Source of the DNA: Thermodesulfobacteriota bacterium
Lineage (GTDB): Bacteria; Desulfobacterota_D; UBA1144; Nemesobacterales; UBA2774
Direction of reading: 5' to 3'
NCBI GenBank assembly: GCA_965223335.1
Contig: OZ244991.1
Coordinates: forward strand, 2,176,001-2,240,000
DNA: 64,000 nt
Shown: one piece after another, positions 30,001-38,084 of the stretch
Position numbering within the stretch: the first letter of the stretch is position 1
Layout of the letters: every line of letters begins with the position of its first letter
Notes under the pieces: generated by a model
What the model saw: only the letters and a program-made list of their open reading frames with translations
What the model was told of the DNA's origin: nothing
Database searches by the model: none
Made by a program: the position numbers and the translations under genes

Positions 30001-30192
30001 ATTGGCAAAGCAAAATTGTTCAATTTGTGTCTGAGTTGCAGGCGCAAGAGAGTCGTCGCATACCCAGTCGTTAGGGTCAGGGGGCAGAGGGCCTCTATTG
30101 TCAGGCTTGTTTGACTGGTTACAACCAACAGTAAACACAAGAAAAAACATAAATACCGCTAAACCTGCTGCAAATTGTCTCATCCGCATCAT
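27079..30192 (-). CDS. Multihaem c-type cytochrome lipoprotein with N-terminal cytochrome P460-like domain
   Basis: FTVGC lipobox; six CxxCH (CINCH, CIGCH, CLHCH, CTVCH, CGSCH, CNDCH); IYYSPE..PDGAMIIKE..MVK..GWYW..CINCH pattern; GHYLPSG C-terminal domain. Confidence 0.85.
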   Translation of the reverse strand: MMRMRQFAAGLAVFMFFLVFTVGCNQSNKPDNRGPLPPDPNDWVCDDSLAPATQTQIEQFCFANAGSGTPAPAFLQNPPPLSNFIEKNIYDIEFREFLRNRDYATVLGWNRDLNWRLTGPYVGPIGQGQSFGTHPAVKIYYSPEVVQWLCNGRVGQIPDGAMIIKEMHSINPELNITLNGQGCMVINNNVLPDSWTIMVKRSGQSHDGWYWGNYAVVPVPPVMEWEIGNPPVFDRSGTTTESFLGPEPSPDFPNPLWYPTGYVFSSPNKIPDIVPLYNQYGNYCINCHASAESESTYSSLDNLITQGIEYKQFDPQGQGTDVPDELEDGIAHLPGLISLITRANNDSVTRTHGPENYDSPFTTPLSAPTEQFIEFYDQIPPVSFAEVWELRLPAETYDHKVSLPTGPDEFLTSDQCIGCHDATYSNSSLPNMIFQEQVNGATELINLSPYGEWKASPMGLAGRDPIFFSQLESETNHLPELITCIETTCLHCHGVMGQRQLAIDTPGQDVDNCKDIFAVTPPPEVPFGKAFSLDTVTKWPGAPDNTDANYGALARDGISCTVCHHISDTALGDENSYTGNFVTGPPSELYGPYEDITIVPKPMEHALGITPKFRDYFVSSDAFSSDLCGSCHNILLPIFDNEGNQLGASYEQTTHLEWVNSDFAPGSPDFLSCNDCHMPTTYHGRDLSFKIANIESDEFAPTTHRLPDPEITLTDRDRYARHSLHGLNIFINQFFQQFPIILGFRQIDFMTGTATVPSLITGQNSMIEMAQNETATVEITDLEVTPAGEVHAVVQVRNLVGHYLPSGVGFRRVFLEFVVKDKAGNALWASGRTNELGAILDGTTNEILPSEEPVNFPEAPFQPHYQVITEENQVQIYQELIKDSDGILTTSFLRRVDEVKDNRLRPRGYNPALFLSFESPFIQALAEVHGQAEFDPHYTDPELTGSDIVEYIAALTPQDLSAAHSVEVTLYNQSIPPFYLQQRFRDANVGPAESDEIKRLYYLTSHTNLNDTVDSDGRQVIKDWKFYITSASEILDQ

Positions 30193-30285
30193 CCTGTTTT
30201 GCTGAATTTATATATTTATTAATGTGCAATATTGATGCCACTTGTTAGCAGCCAAAAGACGTCGTATCTCTGAAATATACTGCTT

Positions 30286-31290
30286 TTACGTGCCCTTGTT
30301 AAGGGGGCCAATCGCAACACGCTCAAGCGAGGAAATAAAGTTCTTTCTAAAAGAGGCGGTTTTGCTTGTGGCTTCGTTGACTGCGAGGGACCCAAGCCCG
30401 GTCACAAAGTAGATGTCCACGAGTGAGCGCCAGGGTATCCGCGGTTTGCCGCACATGTACACAGGCTGCCAGACAGGATGGAATTTGTTTTTGAACTCAT
30501 AAAGGCCCCGGCTCTTAAAACCGAACCCCAGTACTCGCCCAAGTAGCGCCAAAGAAACCTCTTTAACCGAGTTATTGTGAGTAGAGGTGTTAACAAACGG
30601 GACCTCGCCCAGGCTTAGCTCCCCTACCCCTTCGTACTCGGCGGTTTTGATGACGTGTGTAAACAGCGCCTCCATCACACCCACACGCGCACGGCGGTGT
30701 CTTAGAATGAGCTCTGTGTGCACCCGCGAGGGTTCGGGACTGGATGTGGTCACAGCACCCAGCCACTTGCCCGAGTCGTGCTCGAGTACAAAACAGCGCA
30801 AATGAATGCTGTAGTCGGTATCGTAGAGATGTTTTAGTGCGGGTTTTTTGGCCCTGGGTGTGTTATCCAGGAGTTTTTGAAGTTTTTGTCTGCTGTGCTC
30901 TGAGTACTCGATCTCTTTTACCGTGCCCTGGGCATTGCCTCTGGCCGAAAGAGCGGATAATGAGCGGCTGGGCAAAAACCCCTTTTGGAGGTCTATCACG
31001 GCCTCAGAGCCCGTGCGGAGCTTTTTAAACCCTCTATGCCCGAGCCACTTTGCACTGGCGGCAGAGAGCCCCCTTATCAGGTAGCGCGTGCCCAGAGTGT
31101 CATCCAGCCTCTCAATAATGTCGCCCAGAGTGGCTGAGTCGGGCACAGTGCCGAGCGTGACCCAGTGGTAACGCGACCTGGGCAGCTTTACAATGTTTAG
31201 TTGCGGAGTTTTTGCACCGGACCGCTTCCAGCTAAGCGGTAGTGGGTCTTTTAAAAGTGGGGGTTGGCTCAATCCAGTTCTTTTGCACAT
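30286..31290 (-). CDS. DUF2156 / MprF C-terminal-like aminoacyl-transfer domain protein
   Basis: GSEAVIDL, GVMEALF, LSLGEVPF, GLYEFKNKFHPVWQPVY; start uncertain. Confidence 0.75.
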   Translation of the reverse strand: MCKRTGLSQPPLLKDPLPLSWKRSGAKTPQLNIVKLPRSRYHWVTLGTVPDSATLGDIIERLDDTLGTRYLIRGLSAASAKWLGHRGFKKLRTGSEAVIDLQKGFLPSRSLSALSARGNAQGTVKEIEYSEHSRQKLQKLLDNTPRAKKPALKHLYDTDYSIHLRCFVLEHDSGKWLGAVTTSSPEPSRVHTELILRHRRARVGVMEALFTHVIKTAEYEGVGELSLGEVPFVNTSTHNNSVKEVSLALLGRVLGFGFKSRGLYEFKNKFHPVWQPVYMCGKPRIPWRSLVDIYFVTGLGSLAVNEATSKTASFRKNFISSLERVAIGPLNKGT

Positions 31291-31595
31291 TCAATGCAGC
31301 GGTCTGTAAACGGCAGTGCCAGAAGCCTTGCGGGACGGATCTCACCGTCGCAGATCACACACTTGCCGAACTCGTTTTCATCCACCCTTCTAAGCGCTTT
31401 TCTGACCTGCTCGAGCTCTGATCTCACACTCTGCTCAAGCGCCTCGACAACCTCTTCGTTCTCGCGCTCGATTGCCTGTTCCTCGGAGTCCTTGGCGTGT
31501 GTTTTTCGTAGAGAAGACTCGATGCGTGCAAGCCTCTCTTCGAGCTCATTACGCTTTACAATTAGTCCCTCAATAATCTCTTCATAACCGACCAT
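31269..31595 (-). CDS. TraR/DksA C4-type zinc finger protein
   Basis: Coiled coil with DSEEQA, FGKCVICD..RLLALP..CIECA. Confidence 0.9.
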   Translation of the reverse strand: MVGYEEIIEGLIVKRNELEERLARIESSLRKTHAKDSEEQAIERENEEVVEALEQSVRSELEQVRKALRRVDENEFGKCVICDGEIRPARLLALPFTDRCIECAKELD

Positions 31596-31847
31596 ATCTT
31601 ACCCCATTAATTAATATGACAATACACATAAAGCGAACAATAAGAATCTTACCCAAACTCATAATCAAATCAATACAGCGAGCCGGAACTATAACGACCT
31701 TATACGCTTTTTAGTGAGAGTGATAGTTCTCATGTGATTGTGGAGTGTTGAAAGTTGTTTCCAAAAACCGGCCGCATACAGGGCAATTGAACTCGCAAAG
31801 AAATAGGGGATAATTGTACTAGAACCAAAGCCGGGGAGGATGTTAGC

Positions 31848-32378
31848 ATGAGGAACGTATTTTTGTTTGTTTCAATATTTTTGGCCGCACTAGTGTCTGT
31901 ATCGTGTAATCAACAAAAAAATAAGAGCTACGACAACCCCTTTTCTTTCTGCGAGGCCAAGGGTACGGTGGACGGCCCTAGTGAGTCGTACACAGGCAAG
32001 CCTGTGCCGTTTGCCGTGGCCGAGGAGCTAAAGAAAAAGATAGGTGTGCCCGATACGCCCACACAATACTACATGCAAAACAGCACATGGAGGTGTATGG
32101 ACGGCAAGGTTTATGCATGTACCGTGGGTGCCAACCTGCCCTGTTCGGAACGCGCTGATATGAGTAAAGAGCCTAACGAGGGTATGCTCAACTACTGTGG
32201 CGAGAACCCCGACGACGACCTTATCCCCATGTATGCCACAGGGCGTGCCACCGTGTACGAATGGAAGTGTAAAGAGGGCTCACCCGAGATCGTAAAGCAG
32301 ATCGCCGAGGCAGACAAAGCCGGCTACCTAAAAGGCATTTGGTACGAGATCACACCCGTGGCTAAACCTGCTCGGTAG
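31848..32378 (+). CDS. Hypothetical Cys-rich lipoprotein
   Basis: GGAGG RBS, VSVSC lipobox, six further Cys (WRCMDGKVYACTVGANLPC, YC, WKC). Confidence 0.75.
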   Translation: MRNVFLFVSIFLAALVSVSCNQQKNKSYDNPFSFCEAKGTVDGPSESYTGKPVPFAVAEELKKKIGVPDTPTQYYMQNSTWRCMDGKVYACTVGANLPCSERADMSKEPNEGMLNYCGENPDDDLIPMYATGRATVYEWKCKEGSPEIVKQIAEADKAGYLKGIWYEITPVAKPAR

Positions 32379-32475
32379 TTATTTGACAGTTTCCCTAAAA
32401 CCTTGGAATTGGGAATTGTTAAAGTCTTTGTAGAGCCTTTACTGCTGTAGGATGTGGGGATCACTAGAGCCTGAA

Positions 32476-33465
32476 CTATTTTCTAGCGAGCACTCGATTT
32501 ACGGCGTCTATAATTCCCGCGGAGCTAAGCCCGAATTTCTCCATGAGCTCGGTGGGAGTGCCAGACTCGCCAAAGCGGTCCATAACAGCGACGTACTCTT
32601 GTGGCACCGGGCAATTGGCGGAAAGTAGCTCTGCCACTGCACTCCCAAGTCCCCCGTGGACCTGGTGCTCCTCTGCCGTAACTATAGCACCCGTCTCGGT
32701 TGCAGCATCTAGTATGGTTTTTTCGTCGAGTGGTTTCACGGTGTGGCAGTTTACAACACCTATATCTACTCCTTTGCCTGCGAGTTTCTCGGATGCGATA
32801 AGGGCCTCGTACACGAGTGAACCGCATGCGATCACCGTGGCGTCTATGCCCTGTGCGAGTGTTTGAGCCCGTCCTATCTCAAACGGAGTGTCGGGGGTGG
32901 TGATCACGGGTACTTTCTCTCTGCCGAACCTCATATACACGGGTCCGTCTATCTCTGCGATTGCTTCGGTTGCCTTTTTGGTCTCCCAGTAGTCTGCTGG
33001 CACTATGACCGTCATGTTGGGCAGACACCTTGTGATGGCTATGTCTTCAAGGGCCTGGTGTGTGGCACCGTCGGGGCCGACAGATATACCGGCGTGTGCA
33101 CCCATGATCTTTACATTGGCCCCACTATAGGCAATGCTCACACGGATCTGGTCCCAGTTGCGACCGGGGCTAAACACCGCATAGGACGCGATGTAGGGTA
33201 CTTTACCGGAAAACGCCATGCCCGCTGCGATCCCGGCCATGTTTTGCTCGGCAATGCCCATTTCGACAAACCTCTCGGGGAACTGCTCCTTAAACCCGGC
33301 CGAGCGAGTGGACTCGGTTAAGTCGCAGCATAGCACAGCTACATTGTCGTTTTTCCGGCCGGCCTCGATAACACCGTCACCGTAGCCGTTACGCTGAGGT
33401 ATGAGCTCGGGGCCCACAAAGATATCAGTGGCCAGGTTAAGATCGGGGTTAAGTTCTTTACTCAT
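32476..33465 (-). CDS. Transketolase, C-terminal subunit
   Basis: GIAEQNM, GPDGATHQALED, AEEHQVHGGLG. Confidence 0.93.
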   Translation of the reverse strand: MSKELNPDLNLATDIFVGPELIPQRNGYGDGVIEAGRKNDNVAVLCCDLTESTRSAGFKEQFPERFVEMGIAEQNMAGIAAGMAFSGKVPYIASYAVFSPGRNWDQIRVSIAYSGANVKIMGAHAGISVGPDGATHQALEDIAITRCLPNMTVIVPADYWETKKATEAIAEIDGPVYMRFGREKVPVITTPDTPFEIGRAQTLAQGIDATVIACGSLVYEALIASEKLAGKGVDIGVVNCHTVKPLDEKTILDAATETGAIVTAEEHQVHGGLGSAVAELLSANCPVPQEYVAVMDRFGESGTPTELMEKFGLSSAGIIDAVNRVLARK

Positions 33466-34324
33466 GTTCGCATGTTATTTTGCCGCCGAGCGACCTAAGT
33501 GCCTCAAGCTCTTGAAGTGCCTTTTTGGCCTCTTCTTTATTGGGCGGCTTGCCGTGCCACTCGGGTTTAAACTCCATAAAGTCCACACCCTTGCCGGGGA
33601 CTGTGTGCGCAAGGATACAAGTCGGTTTCTCAAATATCGTCTGGGCTTCCTCAAACGCCTCGATAAGCCGGCGGATATCGTGCCCCCCGGTCTCGATCAG
33701 GTGGAAACCGAAAGAGCGGAGCTTGTCCGTAAGGGACTCAAGCGGCATCACATCCTCTGTAAAGCCGTCTATCTGGATGTTGTTTCTGTCTATGATAAGC
33801 GTGAAGTTGCGGAGCTTGTTTTTCCCCACGAACATTAGCGCCTCCCACACCTGCCCCTCGTCCATCTCGCCGTCGCCTACCATGCAGTAGATCCGGGTGT
33901 TTTTGCCGTCGATGCGGTCGGCTACTGCCATCCCCGCAGCTATGGATATGCCCTGTGCCAGGGGGCCTCCCGAGGCCTCGAGCCCGGGGAGTGTGCCGCG
34001 GTGGGGGTGGCCCTGGAGCCTGGACCCAAGCTTACGCAGAGTCATAAGCTCGCTGGTGGGGAAATAGCCTGCCTCGGCCAGTGTGGCGTAGAGCACGGGG
34101 CATATGTGAGCGTTACTTAGCACAAACCTGTCGCGCTCGGGCCAGTTGGGGTTCTGGGGGTCGTGTTTCATCACATGGAAATAAAGAGTGGTAAAGATGT
34201 CGGCTGTGCCGAGTGAGCCTGCTGAGTGGCCTGAGCCGGCTCGCAGGAGCATTTTGATAACGTCCTCGCGTATGTCGGTGGCCTTTTGTTCAAGCTCTTT
34301 TATTTCTCGGTCTGTGACAACCAT
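33458..34324 (-). CDS. Transketolase, N-terminal subunit
   Basis: SGHSAGSL, RDRFVLS, LQGHP, GDGEMDEG TPP motif. Confidence 0.93.
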   Translation of the reverse strand: MVVTDREIKELEQKATDIREDVIKMLLRAGSGHSAGSLGTADIFTTLYFHVMKHDPQNPNWPERDRFVLSNAHICPVLYATLAEAGYFPTSELMTLRKLGSRLQGHPHRGTLPGLEASGGPLAQGISIAAGMAVADRIDGKNTRIYCMVGDGEMDEGQVWEALMFVGKNKLRNFTLIIDRNNIQIDGFTEDVMPLESLTDKLRSFGFHLIETGGHDIRRLIEAFEEAQTIFEKPTCILAHTVPGKGVDFMEFKPEWHGKPPNKEEAKKALQELEALRSLGGKITCEHE

Positions 34325-34464
34325 GGCAGGTCTCACACCTCCTCATTACCCCAGCCGACCCTACTATAAACAAAATGGACCCGATTTTCCAGGCCTAGAC
34401 ACATAGGCCAGCCATGGGTTTGTCATGCAAGGGGAATTAATTGAGTGATAACTGGTAGTTAGAG

Positions 34465-34842
34465 TCAGTGGTTCAGCAGCGGCTCCCAGAGCTCTACTTT
34501 GTTGCCCTCGGGGTCGATGAACCAGCCGAACCTGCCGTAATCGTGGTCCTCGATGGAGTCGATCACATCGGCCCCACCCTCTTTTACCTGGGCCAGTGCA
34601 CCCTCGAGGTCGTCCACAACGATGTTTATCATAAAGGGTTTTGTGGAGGGTTGGAAATAATTCGAGTCCATTTTAAACGGGCCCCAAATCGTGTAACTAC
34701 CCACGGGCATATCGTTGGGATTAAAGATCGATACATGCCCCGCATCTAGCTTAAACCCAAGCCACTTCTCGTACCAAAGGGCCAAAGAATCGGCGTTCTC
34801 GCAAGTAAAAAATATTCCTCCCAGGCCTAAAGCTTTAGCCAT
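34465..34842 (-). CDS. VOC/glyoxalase family protein
   Basis: GLGGIFF, FMINIVVDDL, YGRFGWFIDPEGNKVELWE. Confidence 0.9.
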   Translation of the reverse strand: MAKALGLGGIFFTCENADSLALWYEKWLGFKLDAGHVSIFNPNDMPVGSYTIWGPFKMDSNYFQPSTKPFMINIVVDDLEGALAQVKEGGADVIDSIEDHDYGRFGWFIDPEGNKVELWEPLLNH

Positions 34843-35157
34843 AATCCTCTCCTCTAAGAATTAGATCCACATACTTGATCCTCCATCTATATGGATTTGC
34901 TTTTTTACCTGATACGATCAGTCTGTATGGGTGTAAGAGCGGGGATGATATATTAAGAGCTGGGTAATATCGTATCTATACAACCGTAATCATTGTAAAA
35001 TCTTTACACTAATACGTGCTCGGGTTTGCACTGCTTAATAAACGGAAACTATGTTAACTGCCCGAGTTTATGCTTAATATATATATAACAAATATGGAGT
35101 TATTACAAGTGATGGGGTGTAGAACCGGTGGGTTAACTAGCAGGGATATGCAATAAC

Positions 35158-35445
35158 CTAGAATATATGGTGGACCTTTTCTTTGAACCAGAGGTCTAGG
35201 AACTTCATATAGCCGTGTTTGATCATCCAGCAGTTTAGGTTAAGCGGTTTGTCGTCGTCGTTGGTCATCACAAGGCAATAGCCGTTTTTACTGCACCAGT
35301 GAATACAGTCCTTAAGGCATGTGTAGTCGTTTTTTTCGCTGCCGTCGAGTGCGCATACCTCTTTGTCGAGCACCTTTTTGTTTATATGCCCCAGGTATAT
35401 GCGGTTGGATTTGCTTGTGTCTTCGCTGACTGCTGTCTTAATCAT
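35158..35445 (-). CDS. Hypothetical protein, paralogue of 35686-35970
   Basis: AAAGGA RBS; aligns over its length with the neighbouring ORF. Confidence 0.75.
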   Translation of the reverse strand: MIKTAVSEDTSKSNRIYLGHINKKVLDKEVCALDGSEKNDYTCLKDCIHWCSKNGYCLVMTNDDDKPLNLNCWMIKHGYMKFLDLWFKEKVHHIF

Positions 35446-35506
35446 TTGGTTTTTCCTTTTGATGTTTGCCTAAATTTTATACCTAAAATCCTTGTATACA
35501 AGCCCT

Positions 35507-35536
35507 AGCATAAAAGAAATTGAAATTCTATGTCAA
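35507..35536 (-). promoter_or_regulatory. Putative sigma70 promoter of 35158-35445
   Basis: TTGACA-18 nt-TATGCT on minus strand. Confidence 0.5.
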
Positions 35537-35685
35537 AATGGAGTTTTTGCAAATTTATTTAAATATATGGGGGTGAATAGGTCTATAATATCGGTTTTTT
35601 AATTCGGTTCAGCGCCCTATATATTACTTTAACTGTATCGTCTATTTATCCTTAAATATTGATTTGTAAGAGGTTTTGCGCTTAT

Positions 35686-35970
35686 TTAGAATACTTGGTA
35701 GATGGTCTGTTTGAAGATTGGGTTTAATTTGTCCATGGACGAGTCTTTAATCATCCAACAGTCAAGCTGATCACTGTCTTTTGTCATGACCAGGTTGAAC
35801 CCATGCTCTTGGCCCCAGATCATCTGCTCTTTTAAGCAGCTGTAGAGCTCTTGCTCTTGGTCGCTTAGATCGTCCATCGGCAGGTCAAGCGTGTCGCGCT
35901 CGATTTGGCCGATATAGATGCTTAGCGCCTCTTTACTTACAGTATCCCCTATATTGTGTGTAGATAACAT
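35686..35970 (-). CDS. Hypothetical protein, paralogue of 35158-35445
   Basis: AAGGGGTGA RBS; shares IY.G.I, Y.CLK, W, G..LVMT.D.D, CWMIK. Confidence 0.75.
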   Translation of the reverse strand: MLSTHNIGDTVSKEALSIYIGQIERDTLDLPMDDLSDQEQELYSCLKEQMIWGQEHGFNLVMTKDSDQLDCWMIKDSSMDKLNPIFKQTIYQVF

Positions 35971-36013
35971 ATTGTATCACCCCTTCCGTAGATGGAAAAT
36001 TTCTAAATCCCAC

Positions 36014-36043
36014 ATAATATAAGTACTATTTCTGCCATGTCAA
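36014..36043 (-). promoter_or_regulatory. Putative sigma70 promoter of 35686-35970
   Basis: TTGACA-18 nt-TATTAT on minus strand, abutting repeat locus A. Confidence 0.5.
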
Positions 36044-36485
36044 GGGGGCCTGGAGGCCCCATTCAGAAGGGAGTCCCGAAACTATAGCGCCAATGGGGAC
36101 CGCTAGTGAGCGGTTTTTGCGAATGGCAGGCAGGGAGATAATAAATTGGGAACGCTGGGGGCAGTTTCGTTATTGCACGATACAAATTATGTTCCTGCAC
36201 ATGTAATGTGCTACTTTTGCTTGACCAAAAGAGGGTCACGGACCCCGTTTTTAGGGAGTACCATTACGTAAGCGCCAATGGGGACCGCAAGTTGGGGGCC
36301 GAGAGGGAGTAGTAGTATCACGACCGTAGGAAGGAATAATAGATTGGGGTCGAGGGAGGTCGAGTGAGCGGCAGGCGGGGATAAGATGGGGTCGAGGTGG
36401 GGGTATGGGTCTAGCGACCTGGGCATATCAAAAAATTGATGGGTTTGTAATGAATGCACACTTAGTGTGCCCCTATACCCCCTAC
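36044..36485. repeat. Mosaic palindromic intergenic repeat, locus A
   Basis: GGGGCCTGGAGGCCCC, two ATGGGGACCGC modules, truncated GCTACTTTTGCTTGACCAAAAG, 100-bp block shared with locus B, GGCATATCAAAAAATTGA block shared with locus D. Confidence 0.9.
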
Positions 36486-37507
36486 TTCACGTAAGGCATA
36501 ACTTCGTCTGCAAATAGGCGCATTGAGCGCATGGCTTCTTTATGATCCAGTCCCGGGAAATTAAACCTGCACACAAGCGGGTCCATGGGGATTGCCTCTT
36601 TGTATTGGTTTATAGTCTCTATGCACTCCTCGGGGCTCCCGATGATGGACTGCTCAAGAGTTATATCATAGATGCTCGGGTCGTTGGGGTCAGAGATCAG
36701 GTTTCCCTCCCTGTCCACGAACGAGCCCCACTGGGCATAGCCCTTGGCTGTATAGGCAATGTGCTCCTTTATACGCTCCCACGATTTCTCGCGGCCGTCG
36801 GGCGATACATAGACCTCGCGCACAACGGGCTGTTCCACCGAGTCGGGGTCGTGCCCATAGTCGGCCAAAAACCCTCGGTGCATATCTATCAGATACTTAA
36901 TAATCGGTATGATTCCAATCGCGGCTATATAAAGCGGGGCCTTTATGCGTGCGGCCCTCTTTATTGCAGGCTCGGAGAATGCGCCTATCCATATGGGTAT
37001 GGGGTTTTGCACCGGCTTTGGAGTAACGTTAATGTTGTCGTAGTTATAGTAGCGTCCATTGTGCGAGAACTCGCCCTCGGCCCAGCATTTTTTGAGTATC
37101 TCGAGACTCTCCTCTATGCGCCCTTTGCGCTCGCTAAGCGATACCTTAAAGGCCTCGAACTCCTCGGGCCTGTACCCGAGCCCAAGCCCCAGTATGAGAC
37201 GGCCGTTTGAGATCAGGTCCACTGTGGCTGCGTCTTCGGCGGTCTTAAGCGGGTTGTGAAGCGGCATAAGGTAGATACCTGTGCCTATGCGCATCTTCTT
37301 TGTTCTCGCGGCCATGGCTGCGGCTGTTACAAGGAGCGAGGGGCAGTAGCCGTCCTCAAGCAGGTGGTGCTCGGTGAGCCATGCGGACTCAAATCCCATG
37401 TCCTCGGCGGCGGTTATCTCTTCGAGCATCTCTGCATATAGCTGGCTGTGGGGTTTGGGGTTGTGTGTGGGGGACTGAAGACTGTAGTATCCTATTCCGA
37501 ATTTCAT
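36482..37507 (-). CDS. LLM class flavin-dependent oxidoreductase
   Basis: WLTEHH, AEDAATVDLISNGRLILGLGLGY, PKPVQNPIPIWIG. Confidence 0.92.
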   Translation of the reverse strand: MKFGIGYYSLQSPTHNPKPHSQLYAEMLEEITAAEDMGFESAWLTEHHLLEDGYCPSLLVTAAAMAARTKKMRIGTGIYLMPLHNPLKTAEDAATVDLISNGRLILGLGLGYRPEEFEAFKVSLSERKGRIEESLEILKKCWAEGEFSHNGRYYNYDNINVTPKPVQNPIPIWIGAFSEPAIKRAARIKAPLYIAAIGIIPIIKYLIDMHRGFLADYGHDPDSVEQPVVREVYVSPDGREKSWERIKEHIAYTAKGYAQWGSFVDREGNLISDPNDPSIYDITLEQSIIGSPEECIETINQYKEAIPMDPLVCRFNFPGLDHKEAMRSMRLFADEVMPYVK

Positions 37508-37665
37508 CTGTATCTCCATCCTCTATTTAGATTTAAGGTGCAAGACCAACCGAAGTGCGTATGGTGAGCCCGCAGTGCTATTGTAACGAATTTAGGATTT
37601 ATCGCAACATTGATTAATTAAGTATTTATGAGCTAGGCTTGTGCTCGTGTGTAGCGGCTCTACAC

Positions 37666-37989
37666 CTAGCAGGGGTCGCTTTTTTGGCAGGCCTCTACAC
37701 AGTTGGCATAGCTTCCTAGGTCGCGGCAGCACTGGGCACCTGTGTCGGTGTTAAGGCAGCAGCACTCGGTGTCGGTGCAGGTCTGGTCACCGCAGTTACC
37801 CTTGGCATCGGTTGAAACGAGTATCACATCCGATTGAAAAAAGTCTTGGTCTGTGCTCGTAGCCTCGACTTGGGATTTGTTGCAGGACTTATTTGCGTGG
37901 GCGGCCTCGGGGCTAATATAAATAGCTCCCAGAGCCAATAGGGCTAGAATTAGTAAAGCGCTTACTACTTTAGTGGATTTAAGTGTCAT
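37666..37989 (-). CDS. Small secreted cysteine-rich protein
   Basis: GGAGG RBS, signal peptide ending AHA, 11 Cys of which 10 lie in the last ~42 aa. Confidence 0.75.
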   Translation of the reverse strand: MTLKSTKVVSALLILALLALGAIYISPEAAHANKSCNKSQVEATSTDQDFFQSDVILVSTDAKGNCGDQTCTDTECCCLNTDTGAQCCRDLGSYANCVEACQKSDPC

Positions 37990-38084
37990 GAGCGTGTTCC
38001 CTCCAATTAGGAGTCTAAAGGATAATTGTTGGAAATCAATTGTTAATTAACTAGACCATGAAACGGATCGAATGTTTGATAGTG

